DNA of 64,000 nucleotides from an uncultured Candidatus Micrarchaeota archaeon (GTDB lineage: Archaea; Micrarchaeota; Micrarchaeia; Anstonellales; Bilamarchaeaceae). Within the stretch, counting starts at the first letter, position 1. Each line of letters starts with the position of its first letter. Location of the stretch: assembly GCA_963714085.1 (NCBI GenBank), contig OY970229.1, positions 736,001 to 800,000 on the forward strand, read 5' to 3'. The notes beneath the pieces are model-generated. The model was not told the origin of the DNA and ran no database searches. It was given only the letters and a program-made list of their open reading frames with translations. This document shows positions 47,893 to 57,417 of the stretch, in pieces. The position numbers and the translations under genes are program-made.

Positions 47893-48303
47893 TCAGAGCC
47901 TGTGCCCCAGTTTTTTCATCGCAGCGGTGAGCTGGTTCTCCGGATGCATGGGGTGGTTCGCATCTATCTGCGCCTTGGGCGCGGCTGCGTTCGGGACGAG
48001 CTTCGTTGTCATCACATGCCCGCTCCTCGGGTCGATGTTCTGCTTCATTCTCAGATGAAGGTCTGGTGCAACGACTGAATCTGCCATTGCGGGCTTGGCC
48101 TCGAGCCTTCCGGGCGCGAGCGACTGCCGCAGGCGTTCCATGTCGTTGTCGAAATGCTCCTTCACCACGCTGCTCCTGGTCTCGAATATCCGGGCTGTGT
48201 GTACTTGCGCAGGCTCCAGACCGGTCGCGAGCTGGTTCGGATTGAGGGCGCTGGTGAAAAATGGCGTGGAACCCGTATTGCGCTTATCCGGTTTCTTCTC
48301 CAT
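47893..48303 (-). CDS. Hypothetical protein
   Basis: 136-aa ORF with TTTATAAA upstream. Confidence 0.55.
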   Translation of the reverse strand: MEKKPDKRNTGSTPFFTSALNPNQLATGLEPAQVHTARIFETRSSVVKEHFDNDMERLRQSLAPGRLEAKPAMADSVVAPDLHLRMKQNIDPRSGHVMTTKLVPNAAAPKAQIDANHPMHPENQLTAAMKKLGHRL

Positions 48304-48345
48304 GGCATAATCTAGTCGGAGAATGTTTATAAAACGAAGCGGGGC

Positions 48346-49479
48346 TCAAACCGCCTTGTTTACCGCTTCCACTATGTTCTTCACGACATTCCTGTCGAAA
48401 ACGTCCGGGACTATCCTGTCCCTCGTGGGTTCCTTCACGCTCATCGCTATGCCCTTGGCAGCCGCTATCTTCATGGGCATCGTAATCCTTTTCACCCGCA
48501 GGTCGAGCAGTGCGCGCAGGAAACCCGGGAAGCACAGCGAGTTGTTTATCTGGTTCGGATAATCCGAGCGGCCCGTGCCGAAGATGTCTATGCCGAGCTC
48601 CCTTGCCTGCTCGAGCCATATCTCCGGCGTGGGGTTGGACAGGGCGAACACGATATTCGGCTTCCGCATGGCACGGATGGCGTCCAGAGGCAGCGCGCCG
48701 GGCTTTGAGGCCGAGACGATGATGTCCGCGCCTTTGAACTCCCCGATTCCCCCGGTGAATCCCGACGTGTTGAATCCCGCTAGCACCTGCTTGTGTTCGT
48801 CCAGATTGTTCCTGGCTGATGAGAGCGCCCCCTGGCTGTCGAAGACCACCAGGTCGTTGAACCCTGCCTCGTGCAGGAGCTTCGCGATCGCATTGCCGGC
48901 GCTGCCGGCCCCTATAATGCCGACCTTCACGTGGTCCGGGGTTTTCCCGAGCACCTTGAGGCCGTTGTAAAGCCCGGCCAGCGTGACCATGGCCGTGCCG
49001 TGCTGGTCGTCGTGGAAGACCGGGATGTCGAGCTCCTCCGTGAGCCTCTTCTCTATGTCGAAGACCTTCGGGGTCTCGATGTCCTCCAGGTTTATCGCCC
49101 CGAAGACGGGCGCGATCGCCTTCACGGTCCTGACGATCTCGTCCTCGTCCTGCGTGGCGAGGCAGATGGGGAACGCGTCTATGCCCCCGAACTGCTGCAT
49201 GATGAGCGCCTTGCCCTCCATCACCGGGAGCGCGGCCTCCGGCCCGATGTTCCCTAGTCCGAGCACACGGCTCCCGTCGGTAACGATGGCGACGCTGTTG
49301 CCTTTCATCGTGTAATCATAAACCAGGGATTTGTCTCTCGCTATCTCGAGGCAGGGCTTGGCGACGCCCGGCGTGTAGAGCGTGGCCAGGTCCATTATGG
49401 ATTTTATCTGCGCCTTCGCCGCTATGGAGATCTTGCCGCGGAGTTTTTTATGGATTGGAACCGAGTCGTGCTCTTGCAT
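48346..49479 (-). CDS. NAD(P)-dependent malic enzyme
   Basis: YTPGVA, LPVMEGK, INLEDI, FHDDQHGTA, GRSDYPNQINN. Confidence 0.95.
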   Translation of the reverse strand: MQEHDSVPIHKKLRGKISIAAKAQIKSIMDLATLYTPGVAKPCLEIARDKSLVYDYTMKGNSVAIVTDGSRVLGLGNIGPEAALPVMEGKALIMQQFGGIDAFPICLATQDEDEIVRTVKAIAPVFGAINLEDIETPKVFDIEKRLTEELDIPVFHDDQHGTAMVTLAGLYNGLKVLGKTPDHVKVGIIGAGSAGNAIAKLLHEAGFNDLVVFDSQGALSSARNNLDEHKQVLAGFNTSGFTGGIGEFKGADIIVSASKPGALPLDAIRAMRKPNIVFALSNPTPEIWLEQARELGIDIFGTGRSDYPNQINNSLCFPGFLRALLDLRVKRITMPMKIAAAKGIAMSVKEPTRDRIVPDVFDRNVVKNIVEAVNKAV

Positions 49480-49532
49480 GCGGACATCGTAGTCGGATAA
49501 TCTTTATAAACTGGAGTCGGGCAAAAGAAATC

Positions 49533-50825
49533 ATGAAAGTACTACTCGTGGGCGACGGCGCCAGGGAGCACATAATCGCGGAGAAGCTGGCCAAGGATGC
49601 CGAACTCTATGCAGTGATGTCCAGGAAGAATCCCGCCATAGCGAGATTGTGCAGGAAATACTGGATAGCGAACACCACGGACGCGGCTGCGGTCGCGAAG
49701 GCGGTGGACGTCGTGGCGGACGTCGTATTCGCGAGCCCGGATGCGGTGCTCGCCGCCGGGGTCACGGACGTACTCGTGGAAAGGGGCATGGCAGCCGCAT
49801 CACCTTTGAAGGCCGCGGCCAGGATAGAGTGGGACAAGGGTTTCATGCGCTCGCTCATGGTCAGGCACAAGATAGCCGGCCTGCCGAGGCACAAAGTGGT
49901 CAACGAGGAGAGCGAGGCCATCGCGACCATAAGGGAGTACGGCATGGTGGCCGTGAAGCCCCTCGGGCTCACCGGCGGCAAGGGAGTGAAAGTCTCGGGG
50001 GACCATTTCAAGAACATGGAGGAGAAGTTCGCCTATGCGCAGGAGCTCATAGCGAAAGATGGCTCCGTGCTGATAGAGGAGAAGCTAATCGGCGAGGAGT
50101 TCACGCTCCAGGCGTTCTGCGACGGCACGAACCTGGCATTCATGCCCCCGGTCCAGGACCATAAAAGGGCGTTCGTAGGTGATCTCGGGCCCAATACCGG
50201 TGGCATGGGCTCTTATTCCACGGGCCGGCTGCTGCCGTTCATGCACGGAGCAGACCTGGAGAAGGCGCGGGATATCATGAACCACGTGATCGGTGCCATG
50301 AGGAAGGAGGGCGCACCCTTCACCGGCGTGCTCTACGGCCAGTTCATGATAACCGCGGACGGGCCGAAGGTGATAGAGTTCAACTCGCGCTTCGGGGACC
50401 CGGAGGCCATGAACGTGCTCGCCCTGCTGCGCACGCCGCTCCCTGAGGTCTTCCGCTCCATGTCCGAAGGCAGGCTGGTTAAGACGGAGTTCGCCGACCA
50501 GTGCACCGTAGTGAAATATTTGGTGCCCGAGGGATATCCGGGCAAGTCCGTGGCGGATGCGGAAGTGAGGGTTGACGAGGCCGCGCTCGCTGGGACCGGC
50601 GCCAGCGCGTATTACGCTTCGGTTTATGAGAAGGATGGGAGAGTCTACACCACCGGCTCCCGCACCATCGGAATCCTGGGCATGGCCAAGACGCTCACCG
50701 AGGCCGAGGGGATCGCCGAGAAGGGATGCAAATGCGTGTCCGGCCCGGTGTGGCACAGGCATGATATAGGGACTCCGGAGCTGATACAAAAGCGCGTGGA
50801 GCACATGAAGGAGTTGAGAGTATGA
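49533..50825 (+). CDS. purD: Phosphoribosylamine-glycine ligase
   Basis: GAREH, GGKGV, QDHKRAF.GD.GPNTGGMG, EFNSRFGDPE. Confidence 0.97.
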   Translation: MKVLLVGDGAREHIIAEKLAKDAELYAVMSRKNPAIARLCRKYWIANTTDAAAVAKAVDVVADVVFASPDAVLAAGVTDVLVERGMAAASPLKAAARIEWDKGFMRSLMVRHKIAGLPRHKVVNEESEAIATIREYGMVAVKPLGLTGGKGVKVSGDHFKNMEEKFAYAQELIAKDGSVLIEEKLIGEEFTLQAFCDGTNLAFMPPVQDHKRAFVGDLGPNTGGMGSYSTGRLLPFMHGADLEKARDIMNHVIGAMRKEGAPFTGVLYGQFMITADGPKVIEFNSRFGDPEAMNVLALLRTPLPEVFRSMSEGRLVKTEFADQCTVVKYLVPEGYPGKSVADAEVRVDEAALAGTGASAYYASVYEKDGRVYTTGSRTIGILGMAKTLTEAEGIAEKGCKCVSGPVWHRHDIGTPELIQKRVEHMKELRV

Positions 50826-52045
50826 AGGCTGCTGCACTGTTCGTCCTAATCATGGTGTCCTGCTGCTTCAGCATAAGCTTTGGTCCATCGGTGGTGAGGG
50901 TCGAGCGCGACTGGACCGTGGTGAGTTCCGGGCAGTACTATTTCGAAGGGTCGCTCGCACTGAACGACTCCAACCAGAAGGTGCTTAGCATAGAGACGGA
51001 TCCGCCGATGAAGATCATCACCGACCCGCAAGGCAACGTCCGCGTGCAGTACAACGGGACCGCGACCAGTCTCAGCGCGGTCGCCATAATCGCCGTGGAT
51101 TTCAACACCAGCATCATAACGGATCCGACATTCTTCAAGGGCATGCAGCTGAACGCGACGAACCTAACCATGTGGGACCAGGGCATCGCCGCCTCGGCGG
51201 ACAACCTCACCGCGAACACCACGCTCGAGACCATCCGGAACATCGCGAATTTCGTTCACGGTTATATCAATTACAACATCAGCTACTTCGGCCGGGTGCT
51301 CAACGCCACCGACACCTACGCGGTGCGCCAGGGGGTGTGCGTGGAGTACTCGCACCTCACCATATCCATGGCCCGCTACCTCGGCTTTGACACGAGGTTC
51401 GTGAGCGGCTTCGTGGACGGAGGCCAGTGGCAGGCGCATGCCTGGGCCGAGGTCTACGTGCCTGGGTACGGCTGGCTGCCAGTGGATTCCACCTTCGGCG
51501 AAATCGGCGTGCTGGATGACTCCCATGTGGCCGAGGCGAAGGGGAGGGACCAGGATGACATCTTCGACCTCGTGCGATCGATGGAGCCGGGGAACGGGAC
51601 GCTCCAGTTCAACACCAGCGGCAGCGCGGAGTTCGTGAACCAGAGCCAGAATCCGGACGGCCTCAATCTGTCGTATGCTTTCGACGGGCCGGCCGGCGTG
51701 CTCAATGTCACGCTGGAGAACGGAGGAAATGATTACGTTTTCGGCACGTACCAGGCTGCGCTTTCGGGCGCCGGGGGAGTGAACGAGAGCACGATCGTGC
51801 TCCTCTCGCCCCACGAGGACCTGACCCGCAGCTACGGCCTGGATTATTCCGCGCTCAAGCCGGGCTACCAGTACACCATGCCTTTTGCGGCATCGCTGGA
51901 CGATGCGATGGCCTCGGGGAACCTGAGCCTGAACGTGACAGGATCGGCCTCATGCACGAATTGCGGGACGAGCCAGCCAGCGCAGTCCTGCCTGCCCGCG
52001 TACATCCTCCTCGGGCTGCTTGTTTTATATCCTTCCAGGCAATAG
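50822..52045 (+). CDS. Secreted transglutaminase-like protein
   Basis: Signal peptide; triad motifs GVCVEYS, HAWAEV, PVDST; C-terminal hydrophobic tail. Confidence 0.85.
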   Translation: MKAAALFVLIMVSCCFSISFGPSVVRVERDWTVVSSGQYYFEGSLALNDSNQKVLSIETDPPMKIITDPQGNVRVQYNGTATSLSAVAIIAVDFNTSIITDPTFFKGMQLNATNLTMWDQGIAASADNLTANTTLETIRNIANFVHGYINYNISYFGRVLNATDTYAVRQGVCVEYSHLTISMARYLGFDTRFVSGFVDGGQWQAHAWAEVYVPGYGWLPVDSTFGEIGVLDDSHVAEAKGRDQDDIFDLVRSMEPGNGTLQFNTSGSAEFVNQSQNPDGLNLSYAFDGPAGVLNVTLENGGNDYVFGTYQAALSGAGGVNESTIVLLSPHEDLTRSYGLDYSALKPGYQYTMPFAASLDDAMASGNLSLNVTGSASCTNCGTSQPAQSCLPAYILLGLLVLYPSRQ

Positions 52046-52061
52046 AGACAAGGATGAGAAG

Positions 52062-53144
52062 ATGACAGACGTCCATGTGATAGGCGCTGGACCAGCAGGC
52101 TCGATAGCGGCCATGGCTGCGACCAGGCGGGGCCATGCGGTCGTGGTATCAGAGCAGCATGAGGAAGGGAGCAGGCACGCCACATGTTCCGGGCTTTTCT
52201 CGTCAGAGGGGCTGATGTCGCTCTCGGATTTCATAGATTACAGGAAACTGGTGCTGAACCGGATAAAGGGGGCCGACATCCATTTCGCGGACGAGGTGCT
52301 CTCGGTCAGGACGAGGGAGCCCGTGGCCTACGTATGCGACCGGCATGCGTTCGACGCGACGCTCGCCGCCAATGCGGAGTCCGAAGGCGCGAAGGTAGTT
52401 TACAACGACATGGTGAACGGGTCGTTCAGAGCGGATTGCGTGATAGGGGCGGACGGGCCCAGCTCTTCGGTGGCGAAGCAGTTCCATTTCCCGCCCATGG
52501 CGAGGTACGTATGCACCATGAAGGCGGTGATGGAATACGACGTGGCAGCGAAAACCGACCGCTCCATAATCAGCATGCACCTCTCCCAGAGGCGTTTCCC
52601 GGGGTTTTTCGGGTGGATGATACCGCACGCTGACGACCTGGCCGAGTTCGGCGTCGGAGTGGCGCTGCCCGGCTCGGCCGGAGCAGCCTGGGACCACCTT
52701 TTAGGCATGTACGGGGTGAGGAAGCCGCGCAAGGTCGCTTCTGACATCATACCGGTGGAGCCCAGGAGGATGACCTCCATGCAGCATGGCAAACGGAAAG
52801 TGCTGCTTACGGGCGACGCCGCGGGCCAGGTGAAGGCCACGACCGGAGGGGGAGTGATATTCGGGGGCAATTGCGCCGCGATCGCCGGGAAGCATGCCGA
52901 CAACCCGCACGGCTACGAGCTGGAATGGCGGACGCGGTTCGGGCCGGACCTGTTCTTGCACAGGAAGATAAGGGATCATCTGGACAGCCTCCCTGACGAG
53001 CATCTGGCCGGCCTTGCGAGGCACCTGAAGCGGCTGCGGCTGGACAGCTACCTATCGAAGCATGGCAGCATGGACAAGCCCACCAGGATGATAAAACCGC
53101 AGATGCTCACGCACCTTGTGAGGGCTCTAGCGGGGATGGAATGA
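52062..53144 (+). CDS. Geranylgeranyl reductase family flavoprotein
   Basis: VIGAGPAG, R..FD..LA, IGADG, PG.FGW.IP, GDAAGQVK.TTGGG. Confidence 0.9.
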   Translation: MTDVHVIGAGPAGSIAAMAATRRGHAVVVSEQHEEGSRHATCSGLFSSEGLMSLSDFIDYRKLVLNRIKGADIHFADEVLSVRTREPVAYVCDRHAFDATLAANAESEGAKVVYNDMVNGSFRADCVIGADGPSSSVAKQFHFPPMARYVCTMKAVMEYDVAAKTDRSIISMHLSQRRFPGFFGWMIPHADDLAEFGVGVALPGSAGAAWDHLLGMYGVRKPRKVASDIIPVEPRRMTSMQHGKRKVLLTGDAAGQVKATTGGGVIFGGNCAAIAGKHADNPHGYELEWRTRFGPDLFLHRKIRDHLDSLPDEHLAGLARHLKRLRLDSYLSKHGSMDKPTRMIKPQMLTHLVRALAGME

Positions 53145-53178
53145 CTATTTTTAAGGGTAGCGCACCTAATACATCCCC

Positions 53179-53943
53179 ATGAAAGGGAAGACGGAGAAGT
53201 ACATACTGGACGAGCTCGAGAGGAAGAAGGGCCTCTTGTTCGCGGTGATAGATCCGCTGGATTACAAGACGCCGGCCGAAGCTGTCAGGACCGCGAAGAA
53301 CGCGGATGAGGCCGATGCGGACATAATACTCATCGGGGGGAGCACCGGGGTGCAGGGCGAGGCGCTGGACACGGTCGCGAAACAGATAAAGGAGAACGTG
53401 TCCAAGCCGGTGGTGCTTTTCCCGGGCAACATAGGCACGCTCACCAGATACGCGGATGCGGTCTATTTCATGTCCATGCTCAATTCACGCAACACTTATT
53501 GGATAAGCGAGGCGCAGGTGCTGGCCGCGCCCATGGTGCGGCTCTACGGCGTGGAGCCGCTTCCCGTGGCTTACGTGGTCGTCGACCCCGGAGGCACCGT
53601 GGGATGGGTCGGGGACGCCAAGCGCATACCGCGGGACAAGCCCAAGATCGCCGCCGCCTTCGGCATGGCAGCCGAATGCATGGGCTTCAGGTTCTTCGTC
53701 ACAGATGCGGGAAGCAACCCCGCAGAGGGCCACATACCCCTGGACATGGTTAAGGCGGTGAAGTCTTCCATAACGATCCCTTATATCGCCGCGGGGGGCA
53801 TAAGGACCCCTGACGAGGCGCGGGCGGTCGTCAAGGCCGGCGCGGATATCATACAGGTGGGCACGGCGTTCGAAAGGGAAGGCTCGGTCTCCAAGATAAG
53901 GGAGATTGTGAAGGCTGTCAGGGAAGGAGCGAAGTCCAGATAG
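53179..53943 (+). CDS. Geranylgeranylglyceryl phosphate synthase
   Basis: IDP, IGGSTG, LFPG, SMLNSRN.YWI, GGGIRT; adjacent to GG reductase. Confidence 0.9.
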   Translation: MKGKTEKYILDELERKKGLLFAVIDPLDYKTPAEAVRTAKNADEADADIILIGGSTGVQGEALDTVAKQIKENVSKPVVLFPGNIGTLTRYADAVYFMSMLNSRNTYWISEAQVLAAPMVRLYGVEPLPVAYVVVDPGGTVGWVGDAKRIPRDKPKIAAAFGMAAECMGFRFFVTDAGSNPAEGHIPLDMVKAVKSSITIPYIAAGGIRTPDEARAVVKAGADIIQVGTAFEREGSVSKIREIVKAVREGAKSR

Positions 53944-53961
53944 CAGGATACGATTTTTCAG

Positions 53962-54816
53962 CTAGTCCGGCTCTATGTGTATGTTCACGTCCTTGACCGC
54001 GGGCACAGCCGTGATTATGTTCCCCTTCACGCGGTGGGCGATGGCGTGGGCCTGCTTTATGGCAGTATCGCGCGGGACCTGGATATCGACGTCCACCAGG
54101 ATCCTGCTCCCGGCGTATCTCGCCTTGAGCTTGTGGAACCCGGTTATCGTCTTATCGACGCTCAGGACGCCCCTGATCTGGTCCATGGTGCCTGGGTCCG
54201 GGCTGAAATCCATGAAGACCGTATAGGATCTCGAGAGCAGCTGGAAAGAGATGTAGAGCATAACAAGCGCGACCACGAGCGCGGATAACGGGTCTCCCGC
54301 GCCATATCCGACGCGGACGAGCACGAGGCCGGCCAGGACTGCGATGGAGCTTATTATGTCGGTCTTGAAATGCGCGGAATCGGCCTCCAGGGCCTGGCTG
54401 CCTCCCGACTCTTTGGCGGCGTCGTTGAGCTTTTTCGAGGTGAAGTGCGCAAGCGGGATGGACAATAGCATGAGCGCTATGCCCACTTCAGACATCTCCA
54501 CCTTTCCCGGGGCGGAGAGCCTCTGCCATGCCTCGAAGAGGATTACGAGCGCAGTGAAGGCTATGAGCAGCGCCTGGAGCATGGAGGAGAGCGTCTCGAA
54601 CTTCTCGTGGCCGTAGTGGTGGTCCGCATCCTCGGGCTCTTCCGCCTTTTTCACTCCGAGATAGGCGAGCGCCGATGCGAGGAGGTCGAAGAGGGAGTGG
54701 GCGGATTCGGCGTAGAGGCCGATGCTGTTGGTGAGGAACGCGGCAATCATCTTGCTGGCGAGCAGGCTGAGGTTCACGAAAAACGACAGCTTCGCCGCTC
54801 CGAGTTTCCCTTCCAT
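53962..54816 (-). CDS. Cation diffusion facilitator transporter
   Basis: HSLFD, HHYGHEKFE, HFKTD, IHIEP. Confidence 0.93.
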   Translation of the reverse strand: MEGKLGAAKLSFFVNLSLLASKMIAAFLTNSIGLYAESAHSLFDLLASALAYLGVKKAEEPEDADHHYGHEKFETLSSMLQALLIAFTALVILFEAWQRLSAPGKVEMSEVGIALMLLSIPLAHFTSKKLNDAAKESGGSQALEADSAHFKTDIISSIAVLAGLVLVRVGYGAGDPLSALVVALVMLYISFQLLSRSYTVFMDFSPDPGTMDQIRGVLSVDKTITGFHKLKARYAGSRILVDVDIQVPRDTAIKQAHAIAHRVKGNIITAVPAVKDVNIHIEPD

Positions 54817-54855
54817 CACCGGACCTTTGCCTCGCAAGGTAAATAAGTTTAACTG

Positions 54856-55533
54856 GTGAATAAGTGCGGTGATGTCTTGAATACCTCATTCATAGAATTC
54901 CTGGCCAGGACCGGCGCCGTGAAGTTCGGGGATTTCGTGCTCAAATCAGGCAGGGAGTCGCCTTATTTCATATCCACGGGCGACCTGTCCACCGGTGCGG
55001 CGTCCTACGAGCTGGGCAAGTACTACGCGCAGAAGATAAACGAGTCCTTCGGGGACAAGTTCGACGCGGTCTTCGGCCCGGCCTACAAGGGCATACCGCT
55101 GGCGGTGTGCGCCAGCATGTCGCTCGCGAAGGACTTCGGGGTGAACAAGAGCTGGTTGTTCGACCGGAAGGAGAAGAAGACCTACGGCGACGTGAGCGCG
55201 TTCGTCGGCTCCGTGGACCATGGCGCTAGGATCGTGATAGTGGACGACGTGATGACCACGGGCGAGACCAAACTCGAGGCCATAGAGAAGCTCCAGAAGG
55301 GCCTCAAGGCCGAGGTCTGCGGCATAGTCATCGCGGTGGACAGGATGGAGCGCGGCAGGAGGGGCGGCGCGGTGACCGAGTTCACAGAGGAGACCGGGAT
55401 CCCGGTTTTCGCCATAACCACGATCAGCGATATCTTCGAGCACCTGAAGGGCAGGAACATCGACGGGAAGGTCTACGTGGACAACGAGAGCTACGACTCT
55501 TTCCTGGCGTATAAGAAGAAATACGGGGTCTAG
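54856..55533 (+). CDS. pyrE: Orotate phosphoribosyltransferase
   Basis: FGDFVLKSGRESPYF, FGPAYKGIP, DRKEKK, IVDDVMTTG. Confidence 0.95.
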   Translation: MNKCGDVLNTSFIEFLARTGAVKFGDFVLKSGRESPYFISTGDLSTGAASYELGKYYAQKINESFGDKFDAVFGPAYKGIPLAVCASMSLAKDFGVNKSWLFDRKEKKTYGDVSAFVGSVDHGARIVIVDDVMTTGETKLEAIEKLQKGLKAEVCGIVIAVDRMERGRRGGAVTEFTEETGIPVFAITTISDIFEHLKGRNIDGKVYVDNESYDSFLAYKKKYGV

Positions 55534-56561
55534 AGGCAGGTGTCCAGGAAACCATCTTCTATCTTCGTTACCGCGAGCCCCGTGCACCTGGCTCCGAAGC
55601 CGAGGACGGCGGCGAAGCTCGGCACGGTCCTACCTTTGTCTCCTGAAACGAGCTCCTTGATATAGGTCCCAGCCTCGGCCTTTATCCTGAATGCGGCGTG
55701 CCTACGGTCCACCGCCCTTAGAAGCTCCAGCTGGATCACCTTTCTTTTGCGTACGAGGTCCGCCCTCCTGTGGACAACGCGTTCCGGAGTCTGCTGCTCG
55801 AGTACCGTGCCTGCGAGCGAGAGGATCTTCTCCAGTTCCGGCCCGGCCGCGTCTTCCCCGAACTCGACCTCCACCTCGTACTCCTTGTCGAAATGGGATT
55901 CCGTGACTAGCTCGACGAACGTGCGGGCGACTATGATGGAATCCGATATGGAGACCTCCTTGCCGGAAGCGACCTCGCCCTCGATCGCACGGAGGTCGAC
56001 CTTGCGGCTCTTCGGATTCCTCATCTCCATCACGAACGGCCGCCCTGCGGTGTTCGTCGCGTCGACGTCCTCGCGGCCGGACGCGTGCATCGTGTAGTCC
56101 TCTGCTGCGAAATGTTTTTTCATCACGTCCCCAATGCGCTCTTCCACGGAGTCGTAGTGCCTGCCTCTGCCCGCGCACTTGCCGCATCCCTTGCCGCCGC
56201 AATCTGCGCATAGCCACCTGCTCTGGGAGAGCCCCGGCACGAGCTTCCGGTACCTGCCGAAGACGAATATGGGGATTGGCTCGCTCGAGATGACCGCCTT
56301 GTCACCAGTGAAATCGAAGACCGCGCGGATGTCGCCTTCGGCGTCGTACGGGATGCCGGACGATTTCGCGAGCGCTGAGGACAGTTTTTTGTTGAGCGCG
56401 CTTTTGACCGACTCCGCCCCGGCGAGCTTCCGGTCGAAGTCCGATTCCTCTGCCGCGAGCCATTCCTTCGGTATCTTAGTGGATATGGAGAACGAGGATG
56501 CGCCGGAGAGGATGGGCAGCGCCTTCTTGACAAGCGATGAGAGGCTTCTGGGCTGTTTCAT
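55530..56561 (-). CDS. pus10: tRNA pseudouridine(54/55) synthase
   Basis: GRYRK...SQ, HASGREDVD, GRPF, QQTP.RV.HRRAD, GTYIKELVSGD. Confidence 0.92.
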   Translation of the reverse strand: MKQPRSLSSLVKKALPILSGASSFSISTKIPKEWLAAEESDFDRKLAGAESVKSALNKKLSSALAKSSGIPYDAEGDIRAVFDFTGDKAVISSEPIPIFVFGRYRKLVPGLSQSRWLCADCGGKGCGKCAGRGRHYDSVEERIGDVMKKHFAAEDYTMHASGREDVDATNTAGRPFVMEMRNPKSRKVDLRAIEGEVASGKEVSISDSIIVARTFVELVTESHFDKEYEVEVEFGEDAAGPELEKILSLAGTVLEQQTPERVVHRRADLVRKRKVIQLELLRAVDRRHAAFRIKAEAGTYIKELVSGDKGRTVPSFAAVLGFGARCTGLAVTKIEDGFLDTCL

Positions 56562-56905
56562 ATGCCTAGCTCTTTGTGCGGCATGGATGGCAGGCCATGC
56601 TTTATGCGGTAGCCGTCCAGGACGAGGGATGCCCGCTTCATCCTGGCGACCCGGTCGCGGGCCAGCCTGGAATCCTCGGCCTTTTTCGCGTATATCCCGA
56701 AATCCGCGAGCGTCTTGGTGCCGTTCTCGGCCATGCGCTCGAGGACCTCGACCACCAGCCGCTTGCCCCGCACGTCGTCGCCCCACACGCTCAGCGCCAG
56801 CGCCACCTGGTTTATGAAATGCGTCTTGTCTGATTCGGACATGGAGTTCCAGATGCCCATCACCGTGCGCTTCGTATCCTCGCTCACGTAATCGAAATCA
56901 ACCAT
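56558..56905 (-). CDS. Hypothetical protein
   Basis: 115 aa, host codon use, overlaps pus10 start. Confidence 0.7.
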   Translation of the reverse strand: MVDFDYVSEDTKRTVMGIWNSMSESDKTHFINQVALALSVWGDDVRGKRLVVEVLERMAENGTKTLADFGIYAKKAEDSRLARDRVARMKRASLVLDGYRIKHGLPSMPHKELGI

Positions 56906-57364
56906 TCAGACCACCGCCTCCTTTCCCTCCTCCCCGCACCATTTACGGAGGTTCATTTTCCTGATGTCCTGCGCCTCGAGCAGGAGCGCCAGCTTCAACG
57001 TGTCAGCGACAGCCTCTTTGTCAAGCTTGGCATCGCTGCTGGGGGTCTTCATCGCGACCAGGTCCTTTATCGTCCGGACGCTCTCAGGTTCCGCCTTCTT
57101 CACCGGAATCGGCGTCTGTGCGACTGCCGCCTTGACATAGCCTTCCAGTGTCGGCTCCGCTGGAAGAGGAGATTCAAGGACCTGCTTGAGGAACGTGCGC
57201 CAAGACAGCGCCGTAGGCACCTTCGTGGCTAACCTCATGTATTCCTCCAGCTCGGCTTCCGTAGCCTTTGGTTTCGAGAGAGGTTTGCGAATAAGCTCTG
57301 CGAACTGCTGGTCCAAGTCTGTCGTTTTTCTCTTGGTTTTTTGCTCTGGTGCAGGCCCCGCCAT
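56906..57364 (-). CDS. Hypothetical protein
   Basis: 152 aa, abuts downstream gene. Confidence 0.6.
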   Translation of the reverse strand: MAGPAPEQKTKRKTTDLDQQFAELIRKPLSKPKATEAELEEYMRLATKVPTALSWRTFLKQVLESPLPAEPTLEGYVKAAVAQTPIPVKKAEPESVRTIKDLVAMKTPSSDAKLDKEAVADTLKLALLLEAQDIRKMNLRKWCGEEGKEAVV

Positions 57365-57417
57365 ATAATCGCCGTTTATATATCTCCGGCAAGGTTAAAA
57401 TAGCTTGATATCGGGCC

